This document shows, one piece after another, positions 40,305 through 53,100 of a DNA stretch of 58,594 bases (the stretch's first letter is position 1; the number at the start of each line of letters is the position of its first letter). Source of the DNA: Intoshia linei (taxonomy: Eukaryota; Animalia; Orthonectida); the NCBI GenBank assembly GCA_001642005.1, contig LWCA01000081.1, positions 1 to 58,594 of the forward strand. Reading direction: 5' to 3'. Position numbers and translations under genes: made by a program. The notes beneath the pieces are model-generated. The model was not told the origin of the DNA. It saw only the letters and a list, made by a program, of their open reading frames with translations, and did no database searches.

Positions 40305-41250
40305 ATGCGTATAGAACGATGTTATTTTTGTTCTTGTAACATTTATCCGGGACATGGAATGGAATATGTACGAAACGATGCAACGGTAAATATTATTACT
40401 TTGATATTGGGTTAGAAACGTTTCTCCTCATATGAAACTAATATTTGACTTGTTGGTAAACTAGCAATTTAGCCGTTAAAAAATTATTAAATTACACACA
40501 CAAAAAAATTCTTAGAATTTGTCCGAATTTGAATAAATATGTAGTTTTTATTGCAAAATTTTATTTTTAAAACTAATTTTGACTTTTAATCCATAAATAA
40601 TTTGTATGTCTGAAATAAGTCTATATAATTATTTGACTGATTTGTATTGAAAAGGAAAAATTTAGCAATCTCTAGTCTAATCTATGCAACATTATTTAGT
40701 TTCTGACAAACCTTTTATTATCAACATAAATTTAAATTAAATTAAAACAGATTTTTCGATTTTGTCGTCCTAAATGCTTCAAAATGTTTAAACGAAAGAA
40801 AAACCCTCGAAAAATGCGATGGACTAAAGCTTATCGTAAGTTTAACAACAAGGATTTGGTTAACGATCCTTCTCAAATGTTTGAACAAAAACGATCAGAA
40901 ATTGAAAAGTATGATCGAACCAAATGGGAAAAAATGCTATGCTCAATAAAACAAGTAAATACAATAAAACACAACCGTGAAAGTCATTTTATTCGGAAAA
41001 GATTAGCCGTTGGATTTGAAAAACGCAAAGAAGCGGATAAACAAGAAATTAAAACTAACCTTGCAATGATAAATATCCCCCTCGGTAATTTAAAATTTGA
41101 TGAAAATTAACCATTTTAGCTATTCGCTCTCAAGTAGAAAACTTGAATGCAGAGACTATAGCAGAATGTGAAAAGGTATGTACCGAAGCCAAGAAAGTAA
41201 CTTTCGATTTGGAAAAAGAGCAAGAAAAAATGGAAGCTTTACTGTTGTAA
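40305..41250 (+). CDS. RSL24D1: Ribosome biogenesis protein RLP24 (L24e family), 3 exons
   Basis: [25 protein letters not shown]|[30 protein letters not shown], with the last exon ending at TAA 41250. Confidence 0.93.
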
Positions 41251-41260
41251 ATAAATATAA

Positions 41261-42496
41261 TCACATCCTAAATAAATATAAACTATTGGTATTTTTGTTT
41301 TTCACCCAGCAGTATACGCTATTATTGACGACGGGAACATTATCACTGTCGTCTGAAATTTCGTATTTGTATTGACCGACATCTTCGTCGTAGGCTAAAA
41401 AAATGTATTTTGTTTTGGAGTTGTGTTTGATTCTAGACTTTAAATCTCGTAGTGTTAACATGTGGCGTTTATCCACATCGATAATGTGTTTAATGGAACT
41501 GGGAGAAATATTTACAGGTATTGGTTGTGTTGTAGGTGTAGTTGTAAGAATTTCTTGAGAATTATATGAAACATTAGGAACATAGGGAAAGTTTGTACAA
41601 ATTAAGTCTTCGTTGGACGATTTAAGACTAATGTTGTGAGTTTTAGGTGATAGTTTGATGGGGGATTTTAAAAATTGGTTATATTCATGATATTGGTATT
41701 CATTTACAATTTTAGAAAATTTTTCCAACTCTTCTTGTTGATCTCTAACAATACTTGCCAATTTTTCGCGCTTATTGTCAATCTTTCTTATTTCTTTCGT
41801 TAATTTGATGAATTCCAATGCATTTTTTTCACTTTCCTGTCTTCTCTTTTCAATGTGACATTGAATTGTGGCTTTAGTTTTATCAATTTCTCTATCTTTG
41901 ATTTGAATTATTTTGTTCAATTGAGACACAGCACGTTGAGAATTTTGTAGCAATTTTTCGGTACAATTGCATGTTTGTCTAATATTTTTATTTTCAAATT
42001 TATACTCCTCTACTTCTTTACGCAATTTGCAACAAGTGTTTCTTTCATTTTCCAATAAACTTGTTAGACAGGCATTTACGCTTTTGAGGTTTGTACATTC
42101 ATCATTGGATTTAATCAACCCTTTTCGCATAGATAATATTTGGTTTTTGTGATTCTTTAAATTAAAATTATCCTTTAAAATATTCAACTCAGAGGACAAA
42201 TTTTGAATGAACTTTACATCAGTTAGAATTTCTTCTCCAATTGTGGTTAGTGAAGTGGTATTTCTGGTTCTAATTTGTTTGTTTTTCAAAAATTTTTGGT
42301 ATACATTATTCATGTTCGTTTCGTTACTGCTGTTAAAAAAACCAGTCGTGTCGTTCGACACACCCGAGTCCCGATAATGGCGCTTGAACGCGTCGCATAC
42401 TGAAGATTCCGGTGTGATTTCGTGTTTCTTTTCTGTATAATTTATATTTTTGATTTTGGTATCTTCTGTTTCGTGTATATCTGATGGTGAATTCAT
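41261..42496 (-). CDS. Coiled-coil plus C-terminal DIX domain protein (dixin/DIXDC1-like), single ORF
   Basis: Long heptad-rich region. The C-terminus LTLRDLK...KYIFLAYDEDVGQYKYEISDDSDNVPVVNNSVYCWV matches the DIX pattern (TLxDFK...YFFKxxDxDFGVVKEEIxDDxxxLPxFxGRVVxWL). Confidence 0.72.
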   Translation of the reverse strand: MNSPSDIHETEDTKIKNINYTEKKHEITPESSVCDAFKRHYRDSGVSNDTTGFFNSSNETNMNNVYQKFLKNKQIRTRNTTSLTTIGEEILTDVKFIQNLSSELNILKDNFNLKNHKNQILSMRKGLIKSNDECTNLKSVNACLTSLLENERNTCCKLRKEVEEYKFENKNIRQTCNCTEKLLQNSQRAVSQLNKIIQIKDREIDKTKATIQCHIEKRRQESEKNALEFIKLTKEIRKIDNKREKLASIVRDQQEELEKFSKIVNEYQYHEYNQFLKSPIKLSPKTHNISLKSSNEDLICTNFPYVPNVSYNSQEILTTTPTTQPIPVNISPSSIKHIIDVDKRHMLTLRDLKSRIKHNSKTKYIFLAYDEDVGQYKYEISDDSDNVPVVNNSVYCWVKNKNTNSLYLFRM

Positions 42497-43082
42497 TTTA
42501 AATAGTGGATTAAATATAAAATTGTCTCGTTGAATCAAAACATTTCCATGAAAATTGCGCTCTTTTTAATTTGTTCCATAGAAATTGTGATGAAGTATCA
42601 TTGGAGATTATAAAATTGATTCAAAATTAGAAATAGTTATTTTTAAAGTGTTATTTTGATTTTTACTATTATCAAGTTTAGTCGAATGATACATTTACGT
42701 AACTCAAAAATTACTATTGCATGACATTTATGGATACCTAAAAGAGTTTGTAAGAATTGATTATTTCTGTTTGTAACAGAAAGTTGGTCGACAAATTTAT
42801 TTCGTGCTGGGATGTATCTGAAATAGCCTAGTCCAGACTAAGTCTAAACTAAGTCCAGACTTGATTTAGAATGTAAGGTATAAAATAACGTGTCAAACTA
42901 TTATAATAATAAATAACTATAATACTTGAATTAAGTCTGAATTAAATTTAAGTATATTTATTGGTGTGTTTAGTAAACACTGTTTACACGCTAAAGAGTT
43001 ACAGTTAAATGCTTGACCCTTACGAGATAATTGCATGTATAGATGCCATAAACTACACTCATAAATTTATATTGGTTTGTAT

Positions 43083-43835
43083 TAGTGTTGGCAATTTATC
43101 GAAATATTTTTATCGATAAAAAATAATAAACTAATTTAATTGAAAAATTAATTACAACTGTTGTATTATTTATTTTTGTTTATAAAGTAGAATTTCAAAA
43201 ACATCAAAGCATTAACAACATCGAGTGATATTCTGGATCTTTTCTTAGTTATATAATGACCAGTTATTTAGAACGCCCTTTCAGCTTCACAACTGGTAGG
43301 TTTAATAGACATAATTGAATGGTAAAATTTATCGTCCATAGTGATAGAAGATCTCATTCCCTTGTCACATTTATTTTGCAACATTATTTTAAGTTCTTCC
43401 TTTTTTTATTGTAAAACGATAGAATTATTCTTTTTACAGAGTTATGGCAAGTAGGAGGAGTATTGTCATATTGACTGTTCCGTTTTTTAAAACTCATTTC
43501 AATAAAATCGATTTTTGCTATTCTATTAAATGAGAAATTATCCATGGCTGCCATTTTGGATATCTCTTCTTCCATCGATTTTTTAATAATAAGAAAATCT
43601 ATCCTTTGCAATTTTGCTTGGTTTGTATCTTTGTTCAAATTAATATTGTGAACATTTTTAACGTGATATCATAATCCACTGCTAGTTCCTGAACATTTTG
43701 TGTATTTAGCTTCATTACTATTTACTAATGTAAAATAATTCCATACTTAAGATATTTTATTTGTCATTTTAGCGATAATAAAATAAAATAATAGATATTA
43801 ATAATATTCAAAAATTTATCGATTGCCAATGACTG
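43083..43835 (-). mobile_element. Decayed, internally deleted hAT transposon
   Basis: Minus-strand VWNYF...YHVKNVH (BED-finger-like) and SIKPTSCEAERAF...KKRSRIS (hAT dimerization motif), with stops. Imperfect inverted ends tagtgttggcaat and attgccaatgactg. Confidence 0.7.
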
Positions 43836-45282
43836 ACATAATTGTCATAATAATCATAATAATTTAAAAAAATGTTTATTCTCATAACGAATATATATAA
43901 AACGATACTATAAATTAACAATTTTCAATTATACTATGTGAAACCAAATCACCTAAAACTTATGCGCAGCTATTGAACAGTCAAACCTCATCATCAAGTG
44001 TTAAAAAATCCGTTTTCGTTGTTGAAGAATTTATTATCCGACGAAAGAAATTTTTTAAAAACAAATATTCATAAATATATTCTATTGTACTATAACAGCG
44101 GTTCCCAAAATACTTGACAGTTAGTACCCTTAAGCTAAAAAAAAATTGTTAAAACTCTAATTGACCCAAAATGCAGGGGCCGTCCAAGAGGCTAGTTAAT
44201 GGAGTGCGAGCGAAGCGAGCAATATAGTAGGGGTGAAAAATTTTTACGGCGTCTAGTTTGATTTTAAAGCGTCTCTTTTAATTTCATTTAAAGGTTGTTA
44301 TACAATAGTTTCCAAATTTGTATTATTTCGCAAAAATAAAAAAAATGATCAGCACAAAAAAAAAAAGAAATTAATATGTTAATTGAATAATCATAAATCA
44401 ATTAGGTCTAGTCTTCTTGGATGAAGTATTGCAAATCCATTAACTAAACTTTCAATATGAGGGCTCATATTAAATAACTCATGAGGGCCAGTCCACATAG
44501 ACGATTACCAGTCATTGTTAATCTTAACAAAATTGTAAAAAAAAATGCAATGTTTGCATAATCCACCTCCATTATTTATTTAAGAGTAGCACAGCCATGA
44601 ATATTTATCGAGCCAGTCTATTTTAAAGTACTTATTATTCAATTTCTTTAAACCATAAAAGGCCTCAAGTGACATGATCAATTGTTCATGTAGAGCAGTG
44701 CTTTCCAACCTGTGTGTCGCCGAACTTTTTATAATTTATTGAATTTATTTTTTAAAATTTGTGTAACCAAATAAAATTTTTGGTTCTAAATAGCATACAC
44801 AACATTTCTAGAGTGATGCAGTATCGTTTCATTTTATTTTAATCGATATATTCAAATTCAGTTTCATTTTCCGAAAGTCTGCGACATATTTTTAAATAAT
44901 TAACATTGTCGTAAGTCGCAGCATCAGAAACTTACATCTTGATGATCAAAAACACTTTCAAAAATTATACTTTTTTAAAAATAAAAAAAGTTATATAATT
45001 TTATACAACATAAATTGTTGGATAAGTTTTAAAATTATAAACATTATCATTAATCGTAATCTCACAAAAGTGCATTTTCACGATCAAAAACCCAGATTAC
45101 CTTTTTTTAAAAAATAAAAACAGCTTTAAAATTTCCGCTTCATTTCTTTGAATAGTTCTTAGAAATTCGTGTTATTTATGATACTTTTCATGAAAAAACG
45201 ACTTTGAATTTGTACAGGTAAGAAAGTGAATAAAAAACCATTAAAATATATAATTTATTGCGTAATAACAAAAAGCTCATTT

Positions 45283-46365
45283 TCATGTTTTATTTGGGTT
45301 ATCGATATAGGAATAAACTAAAACCATTGGATTTGTGTGAGTTTGTTGAAATAGAACAAAACAGTGAAAACTATGATCAATCACAATATGGTTAAAATCC
45401 CTAATTTGTTTATTATCATCCATAATTTGATGTATACTTTGATCCATATTTAAACCATATTCGTTAACTTTAAGATTGACCAAATGCATAGTATTATACA
45501 CGTACAAATCCGTTTTCGATTCAAGTTGATTATTAGCCATTGTTCCGCAAAAATTGATACCGGCATCAATAAGAGACTCTTCTATATTAAAATGTGATTT
45601 TAAAAAAAACTTTGGTAGCTCTAAGGTTACATGTTCAAATTTCATGTTGTTGAGAGAATAAAATAGTTCTTTCATAACAAGTTTTTTCCCATTTCTAGGT
45701 TGATAAACCAACAAACTCAACCCATCCACGATAGTTGGGATTTGAACAAGTGATTTTTCAAAATCGACGCATAGATATGACGAAGTAATCATAAATTCAG
45801 TTTGTTCAAGTTGTTCCAAACTGGTATGAAACAAACCGATTCTATTGTTTTTAGAGTTAAACACATTTTGAAACCTGACAGTGTAGTGTAGAATGTTGAA
45901 AAACATTAACGGAACGACGTCGAATAGCATATATGTATATTTTTTGGGATCTAGTTTATTATTCGAACATTCCGTTACAAAATCATTCACTTTTTTCATT
46001 GTTTCATCTTTTTTTAAAAAATTAACAATTTCATACAATTCAGAGCCTAGTCCAAAAATTTCTTGCATTTTGCTTAAATATCCTTTTTTTAGTTTTGTAT
46101 TATTACTGTAATATATTTTGTTTCCATAATTGAAATCAAATTTCAGCTCGTCGGCAATTTCTGCAGAAATTTTTTTCAAGGTTGACAAGCTTATATATTC
46201 GGTTTTATCATTTTTGAATTTATCAAATTTTTGCAACCAATCTTGATTTCCATCTGCATAATGCAACATGAATACAATTACATCCATCATAACTGGCGAA
46301 AACATGATATTGATGTCTGGGTTTTTCCGGATATTTCGATTTATGAGTTCATCGTATAGTTCCAT
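45283..46365 (-). CDS. Divergent serpin-fold protein, intronless
   Basis: 360 aa with NIMFSP, VNDFV, FNILHY..F...F, LELPKF, H...KVNEYG, IDHSF and terminal YIDNP. Confidence 0.82.
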   Translation of the reverse strand: MELYDELINRNIRKNPDINIMFSPVMMDVIVFMLHYADGNQDWLQKFDKFKNDKTEYISLSTLKKISAEIADELKFDFNYGNKIYYSNNTKLKKGYLSKMQEIFGLGSELYEIVNFLKKDETMKKVNDFVTECSNNKLDPKKYTYMLFDVVPLMFFNILHYTVRFQNVFNSKNNRIGLFHTSLEQLEQTEFMITSSYLCVDFEKSLVQIPTIVDGLSLLVYQPRNGKKLVMKELFYSLNNMKFEHVTLELPKFFLKSHFNIEESLIDAGINFCGTMANNQLESKTDLYVYNTMHLVNLKVNEYGLNMDQSIHQIMDDNKQIRDFNHIVIDHSFHCFVLFQQTHTNPMVLVYSYIDNPNKT

Positions 46366-46933
46366 ATTTCAAAATTAAGTGAAAATATTCAGTTTTTTTT
46401 ATAAAGCAATTGATTCACTAATTCAAAATAAAATGAATATCACATTGAAAAAATAATAATTTAAATACACATGTAAATATACCTCAATTCTGTAATTAGC
46501 TCATGTAATCAATAGGCTATTGATTGCTTTCTACGCGTTTTAATTTGAATTAAAGTTTACGAAGACCTTTAAAATCACACCGTACGTAATTTCCAATTTC
46601 CATTCTTTTACACCCACACATATATATGTATCACAAATAAAATGCGTTTTTTAATTCACAATGCAGTAAATATAAAAGTACGATATATTAATAAAATACT
46701 AATTTAAATAAATTGTAATACTAACGTGCTAAAATACGCAAAATTAAAGTGGCTCTATATTGCATCACATAATATAATGTTATTATTTATAACTGTTTAA
46801 TTAACTATAAATGAATAAATTTTAAAATAGCTAAATTTATATTTAAGCATATTTAAAAAATATAAAGGTACATTTTTGGTATTTTCACCAAATTATTTTA
46901 TTTTATATATATATTTGAATTTAGAATTACAAA

Positions 46934-47989
46934 ATGAGCATTTACGATGATTTAATGAAAATTAATGTGGATAAGCGTAAAGGAGTAAACCTTTTATTTT
47001 CTCCCGTAGCAATGGAAGTAATTTTAAAAATGATTGACTCAAATTTATCAGAGTCTAACAATCCGTTTTTAAAGTATAAAAACTTTAAAGATTCAACAAA
47101 ATATGCCAACTTTTACGAATATTTAAAAAAAAATCAAGATGTCAATAAATTTATAAAAATGGGAACAAAGGTTTTTTATAGCCATGAGACGAAATTGAAA
47201 GATAATGTCGATAAAATTGTCGATGATGCGTTATTGACTAGAAATGATTATGAAATGATTAATTTTGGAAATGATAGAATTGGAGAAATCATTACGAATT
47301 ATGTTTATCATGTTACGGCAAAGCGAATCGATTCAACGTTTTTTATGCACCCACTTTGGAAAGAAGTGCGTATTTTCGTAATTAACGCTCTACAACTATC
47401 TATCCCGTTTAACTGTGGATTTGAAAAATGTGCTAGTGAAAAATTTTACTTGTTCAATAATAAGGAAATTAATGTGCAAATGATGAGTTGCAATAAAAAA
47501 ATAAAACTAATAAAGTACGAAAAAAAAATTATTGTTCAAATTCCTTTAAGCGTGGAAAATTTCAATATGGTAATTGTACTTTCAAAAGATTCGAAATATG
47601 TGTTTAACACAAGTGAAGTTTTAAATGCTGTTGAAAAAGAAAAAGAATTTAAAAATATTGCTCTTTATTTGCCTATTTTTTCATTAGATTCAAATATCAA
47701 TATTGAGCAATCTCTCATCGATATTGGATTTAAAGGATTGTTTGGTAGTATGGCTAGCAATCTTTTAAATTCATCTGAACAATTGTACATTTCGAGTATA
47801 ATGCACATGACAAATATGAATCTTGGAATAAATGGAATCAATACAATGGAAAAAAAAGGTGAATGCAAAGTTAATATGGACGAAAAATTTTGCGTCAATT
47901 CTCCATTTTATTGCTTGGTTTATTATTTACCAAAATCTCAAAATGCTGAACCAATTGTCTTACAATATGCTTACATCAACAAACCATGA
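46934..47989 (+). CDS. Divergent serpin-fold protein, intronless
   Basis: 351 aa with NLLFSP, VINAL, F...VQMM, VQIPL, LYLPIF, FCVNSPF and terminal YINKP. Confidence 0.82.
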   Translation: MSIYDDLMKINVDKRKGVNLLFSPVAMEVILKMIDSNLSESNNPFLKYKNFKDSTKYANFYEYLKKNQDVNKFIKMGTKVFYSHETKLKDNVDKIVDDALLTRNDYEMINFGNDRIGEIITNYVYHVTAKRIDSTFFMHPLWKEVRIFVINALQLSIPFNCGFEKCASEKFYLFNNKEINVQMMSCNKKIKLIKYEKKIIVQIPLSVENFNMVIVLSKDSKYVFNTSEVLNAVEKEKEFKNIALYLPIFSLDSNINIEQSLIDIGFKGLFGSMASNLLNSSEQLYISSIMHMTNMNLGINGINTMEKKGECKVNMDEKFCVNSPFYCLVYYLPKSQNAEPIVLQYAYINKP

Positions 47990-48066
47990 TAAAAGCTATG
48001 TTTAGTTTAATATTATTTAATCAACAGTCATTTTTAATATACATTACAGATAATAAACATTTATCC

Positions 48067-48934
48067 CAGTGTTTCTCAACCTTTTTTACTGTGCGGAACC
48101 TTTATAAAATTTCAAAAAATCGCGGCATCTAAAAGCATGATCCAAAATTTTTTTTCGCATGTCGCATATATAAAACAATTTGATTTTTAATTAAAAAATT
48201 GCGCTTCTAATATTGAAAACATATAAATTTTTTAATAAAGAAATTTATATTTCCTTTGCAATGAGAATGGTCCTTAAAATATATCTAAGAGCTTTTTTAT
48301 TTCAATTTTCTTATAGCTTTCTAATTAAAAAAAATCTATTTTATTTATACTTGGAAAGCTTCTTCGCCACCAAAATTCAAATACTCATAATTTCCTGAGA
48401 AACCCCTAATCATACCCTCCTCGAAATTTGATTATCAGTGGTGGATGTTACTCTTATAAGTAACATCCTAAATTTTTTCAAGTCTTTTTTTTGAAGAGTT
48501 AATAAAGCTCTTTTCCAAGATTCTCCATCTGCTTACAAAGAGTAAGGAACACACGGATTTTAGCCGGTAAAACCAGTTAACTCCCTCACACTACAAATAA
48601 GCATCCAGGCCCGTGAAAGATAACTTTTTAGTTAAATATCATCATAAATAGGTAAGTAACTTATTTAAATTATTTCAAGAGAGTTGGGCCATTAAAAACC
48701 CACCTTATTTACAATATTTCTCATAAAGATAATTTGAATTATTATTACTTTTAAACATTATTTTTCAGGTTCCCATACTCACAACGTATAATATTTTTTT
48801 GATTTAAATTTGAAAATGATGTTGTTTCATTTGCATATAACAATAATTTAGAAAAACTTTAAATTGAAAAATATCGCATTTATATTTCACAGAACCCTAA
48901 TTAAATTTCGCGGAACACAGGTTGAGAACCACTG
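48067..48934. mobile_element. Complete Buster-like hAT non-autonomous element
   Basis: TIRs CAGTGTTTCTCAACC and GGTTGAGAACCACTG. 8-bp flanks atttatcc/atttatta have the central TA of the Buster target consensus. Confidence 0.85.
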
Positions 48935-49158
48935 ATTTATTAATAAACTATTCTATCTACAATTAGAGTCCATTCCGTAGTTCGCTAATTGTGTACAGTG
49001 TAAACATCGCCATAAATTTTTAAAAATTCCATATATCTATCACAGTTTTTCGAGTGTGTTGTTATCGCAAGTATTATTATCAGAAATTGAGTCCTTCAAG
49101 GCAATAACCTGAACTGTCCTTTTTTTAAAATTCAAACCAGTCTTACTATTTTAAAAAA

Positions 49159-49472
49159 GAGTATATTCTTAAACCCAACCATTTTTACTAAAAATCGACT
49201 TTTACCAACCTTTAAGGGAAAAATCGAGTTTAACCTACCCTTAAGAAAATTTAATATTGAGTTTTTATGGGATACTACGCAATTCTGTAAAACTGAATTT
49301 TTCCCTTAAAAGTTGGTAAAACTAGAATTTTCCTTATAGGTTTGTAAAAGTGGAATTTTTCCTTTTAGGGTTGGTAAAACACAATTTTTCCCTCAAAAGT
49401 TTGGTAAAACTGGTTGGATTTTGTAAAAATGGTCGGATTTTAGAAAAAATGGTTGGATTTAAGTAGACACCC
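49159..49472. mobile_element. Foldback-type element, same family as 23925-24191
   Basis: cttaaacccaaccattttt pairs with aaaaatggttggatttaag, ending tagacaccc. Internal ggtaaaac subrepeats. Confidence 0.65.
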
Positions 49473-50151
49473 TTTAAAAAATAAACAATCTGATAAAGAT
49501 TTTAAATTCATCTACAATATGATCATTTTTAATTTCAAAAATTTTATATCTTCACGGTTAAAACCCTAAATTATCCTTATAGTAAAAATTAAAAAAGTCC
49601 TAGAATTGTATACAAATAAAAAATATCTAGAATTTATGTTTTAAAAAATTTTAGGATTTTTCATTTTTAAAACAAAGGGTAATTTGTGGTTTTAACCATG
49701 AAGGTATGCGTTTCTGAGGCTGAAATTAACGACAATGTTAATGCTTTTAAAACGCGTTCCAGAATGTATGTTTTATTACATTTTTGGGTAGATTTTTTTA
49801 AACAAAAAGGGAAATTTGGTTTTTAACCCTGAAGGACTCAAATTCAGAAACTGAAAAATAGATATAAACACTTCCTGGGAAAAACAGTATTATAAATTTG
49901 GTTTTTTTAATCCTGCGACTGTCAATTTGTTCAATAAACACACACAGACATTCATTTTTATATAAGTAAAGAATTACGTACGGAAAATACGATACACGAA
50001 AATATTTTACTTTATTTTAATTACATTTTACGTAAAAATGAGTGAAATTGTTTAAGGGTTAAAATATTGTAAAGATACGGGTTAATACAGTATAACTACA
50101 AATTTATTATTTAAAATTATCAAAATCAAATCACCAACATTAACATAAGTA

Positions 50152-53100
50152 TCAAAGATCGTCATCAAATTCTGAAGCCTAAATAAGTATATGTATATAT
50201 AATATAATATTTATTCAAAAAATACCGATTCGATAAGAAATAGAGTTTTTCCACTATCGCTATTACGCGGTTCAATATTTAAACGATCCAATATAGCACT
50301 TTTAACGTAACTTGCTATGTATCAATAAAAATTTATAAAGAGATTTACTTTCAATTATTTATATTTTTAAATTACATTTACCTCTTTTTGTTGATAAGGC
50401 TTTTATAGCGGTCGAATTTCTCATTGATAAAATACTACTGATTTTGTTGACGATCTGAAATTTATATAATCAATGTAAATGTAATTGTGTCAAAAATATC
50501 AATAATTCTTACACTATCACCTAACACTACAAAATAAGTAAATAATAAAAATTACATCATTTGATTGTTCAGAACCTTCGGAATATTCAGAATCATGAGA
50601 TTTTGGTAGATACTATGTATACGTTAAAATTAAACAGAAAAATTATACATCGCCAATTTCACCGGAAGATTGAATAAAGCTTAATTGTCTGTTATTTGTA
50701 ATTGATATTCTTGATATTCTATACTGACCGTCTTTATTAGTGTGATGAATTGTTGAACATCGCTTAGATTCAGGTATTTTCTCGAAAATACTTCTTCCCA
50801 TTGAATGTCTATCATCCTAGATTTTATTAAATATTATTTTGCATTATAATAATTTTTTTTGTTTTTTAAAGTAGAGTAAAAATATGCAAATATTTATATT
50901 TTAAAATATTTTTTTGATTTAAAACGTATTTCATTGCGTATTTTGTATTCATAATCCCTAAATGGAATTCCTTATTTGAGAACAAAAGACATGAACTATA
51001 ATAGGTTCGGAACTAATACCATCCTCGTTATAATTACAATTAAAATTTTGAATTTGTTTCTTGCTAGGCGTAAATTGGTAACCACCATAATGTAGATTAA
51101 AAATTTTAAATTTTACCAGTGAACAGGTATAATCACAATTGTCGCTATCGAATTCATTTACCAAATCTTCCACACCGTCATAACCGAGTTTCTTTAATTC
51201 TGCATTTGAAATCTATTATTTAAACTTTTAAAGGTTTAAAATAATTATAAATACATAAATAATGTTGATAAACTCTTCTGGAATGCATCCTATGTATCCT
51301 GTTTTTGTTTTAATGATGTACCAACCAACTTTAATTTCCTAATCTTTATTTTTAATCATTCTAATTATACATTAATTAATAATACCTCTTCCAGTATTCT
51401 TACAATGTCACCTTTTTTACAAACAACTTCTTCATTGTCGGACGGTTTAAAATCATACATGGTTACTCCCTTGATATAGTTAATAGCATGATAAATAAAA
51501 GTACCATTTTTTGAATGTCTCTATTAACTGTATTTATCTTTAATAAATTTATTTTAGTAATTCCTGGAGACCCATGTCGCTAAAATAATTTAAAAGTATT
51601 CATTAATTATAATATTACTCTACGCTTGATACTTTTTACTCTAGGTACTCGCCTTTCTTGTTTTTTTTGAAAAAATATTAAGGAAATGATTCCAATTCCA
51701 ATTATGGTTATAAACAAGACTAAACTGCATGCCAAAATAATAATGTACAACTAAGTGTAACAATTAACGTATTATAGGATTTAATGTCCATATATCTCAA
51801 ATTTAATTGTTTTATACACTCAATAAAATACTTTGCAAAAATGCAAAATAAAAAAAAATTTTTAATTGTTAATTAAAAGTAGACTATCGACATTCACGTC
51901 TAATGAATATTTTGATGAATAGTACACGTTAATATATTACATATTTCGTTTTGTAATTATTTTCCTCTGATGTGGGTTTACCTTCATTTTTAGGTTTTAC
52001 TGATTTATGGATTATCTAAAAATTACAAAATTTAATAATTAAAAGTTCAAAGTCAACCTCGTCGCAATTTTTAATTTTGCATTTTTTTTCAATATCTGTA
52101 CATTGTCCTAATTTATATAATGTTAAGGAAAATAATAATAAAATATTAAACATTATTATTATTAACACAATTAATAATTTAATATATTAGTTAAAAGTAA
52201 ATAAAAGGATATTTGCATGGTTGATTGTTGAAACTGATGTTATCACACAATATACTACAATCGAAATTATCTAAAGATTTAAATTAATTTTACAAACAAT
52301 ATTTTTTATATAGTACCGTAGAGATCTAAATCATGAGCGCTCTACTATTTTAATTTATTAATAGGTCATGTTGAAAAAGTTTGTGATGACCACTGCAATT
52401 TACAATTATTTCTTTAAAATTTTAGATAATAAACGATCGATTAAATAATGTATATTATCATTAAGAATTGGTAAAAGCGGATTTTAGAATAATGGACATT
52501 GAAAAAATTTAAAATTAAAGAAAATTCTTCATAATGACTAAAATTGCAAAATAACTGTTTCAATCATTCTTCAGAATCACTAAAATTTCAAACAGACGGT
52601 AGATATATAGACGTCGTATTTTTAAAAAATTTTTGATACGGGCCTACACTTCCCATTTTATCGGACCTAATACTGAATCTCCATGTCCCTGCTTATTGTA
52701 CTTGCATTTAAAATATTTATGGCTTAACAACTCATCTTAATCGAGTATATAACCGCAATGATGAATATTATTATTTATTTTATAAATATATTACTTTCTG
52801 TACACCCGATTGTAGGGAGGGAGAGATAATCATTAATATATCTTATTACATCATCTAAATGCAAATAATATAAATTGATAAAAATTAACTAAAAATGTAT
52901 GTCTATTTTGTATAATTTTTATTACAATTTTCCTTAATGGGCATAAATTCCTAAATTAGTTAAACATCGTTTTATTTAGATACCTTAATATCTAACTTCC
53001 TCGTAATAATAGTGGTAATATTATCTAGATAGTCTATGCTTTTTTCATTGGACACGTCCAATATTACATTAATAGTTTTTTTGTTACATAAAAGTTCTAT

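Noticed and set aside
42826-42870. Short tandem units (ctaagtccaga-like, about 4 copies)
   Set aside because: Too short to assign; probably a transposon subterminal remnant.
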